Below are positions 63,485 to 64,000 of a DNA stretch of 64,000 nt, piece by piece. A program made the position numbers and the translations under genes. Positions within the stretch are counted from its first letter, which is position 1; every line of letters starts with the position of its first letter. Source of the stretch: Octopus bimaculoides (Eukaryota); the NCBI RefSeq assembly GCF_001194135.2, contig NC_068983.1, positions 86,927,857 to 86,991,856 of the forward strand, given 5' to 3'. The notes under the pieces are model-generated. The model saw nothing but the letters and a program-made list of their open reading frames with translations, was not told the DNA's origin and did not search any database.

Positions 63485-63900
63485 AAAGACAACAACATTT
63501 CCCCTTTCATTCTTCTCACTCTGACGCCGAGAAGACACTTCGAAGCCAGGAGCTCACAGCGGGCTTTTGTCCCGCAGTGATACCACATGCATTGTCTCCA
63601 GAGGTGAAAATGGTTACTGAAAGCAAACCCCTTGCACGAAACATCTGTGAATAAACGGTTATTGAATTTACTCCGCCTGAGAACTTCATTCTTCGTATTT
63701 CCAGCTCCTTGAATCAACAGAATAATTACAATGGAAGAAGATACCCCAAAAGTATCATAAAAACTTTCCTTCCATTATTAAAATGGTGACCCACGTCTAA
63801 AAAGATTTTCAGCAGCCGAAAGCTTCTATCGTTGTTTAAATGTCTCACCCGAACGAAGAACTTAGTTTCTAAATGCAGCAACGAGAGGACATATTTCAAG
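63485..63900 (+). mobile_element. Second, heavily decayed Penelope-like fragment
   Basis: Frames give QQHFPFHSSHS and KTFLPLLNGDP / PTSKKIFSSRKLLSLFK...KNLVSKC, resembling the PLE RT-thumb and linker region. Confidence 0.45.
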
Positions 63901-64000
63901 CAAGCCGGCCATCAACTTCACAGCCCGAGTTTGAATACGAAAGTTTCGCCATCATTACAATTCCTAAAAGAATGGGCTTCACACGTGAACGATTTCACAC

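Noticed and set aside
1-64000. CRISPR arrays, operons or other prokaryotic systems
   Set aside because: The sequence is spliceosomal-intron-containing animal DNA; no repeat-spacer array was seen.

Overview
AT-rich, microsatellite- and repeat-dense animal genomic DNA with 12 N-gaps. The repeat families look like those of an octopus, probably Octopus sp. (inference). Two intron-containing genes face each other tail-to-tail. (1) On the + strand are the last five coding exons of an IQCB1/NPHP5 orthologue (1431..11181). (2) On the - strand is a complete 12-coding-exon E2F dimerization partner gene (TFDP/DP, 48182..21288, 461 aa as I splice it), with a GC-rich, motif-dense promoter at about 48.24-48.79 kb. 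A probable first coding exon of a third, unidentified membrane or secreted protein gene starts at 62782 (+). The rest is introns and intergenic DNA with tRNA-derived SINEs, RTE LINE pieces, a full-length decayed DD37D (maT) Tc1/mariner element, Penelope-like relics (one with a hammerhead-like motif), a non-autonomous Helitron, hAT MITEs, foldback elements and a Merlin-type MITE with an inverted telomeric-repeat core. Most notable observations: the DP gene has ATA where vertebrate TFDP1 has its start ATG, in an ideal ADAR context (UAG) that is also a uORF stop; a 10-residue deletion in the otherwise conserved DP marked-box; and the telomere-repeat MITE next to a promoter. All homology calls come from my own translation and recalled reference sequences, not from database searches.
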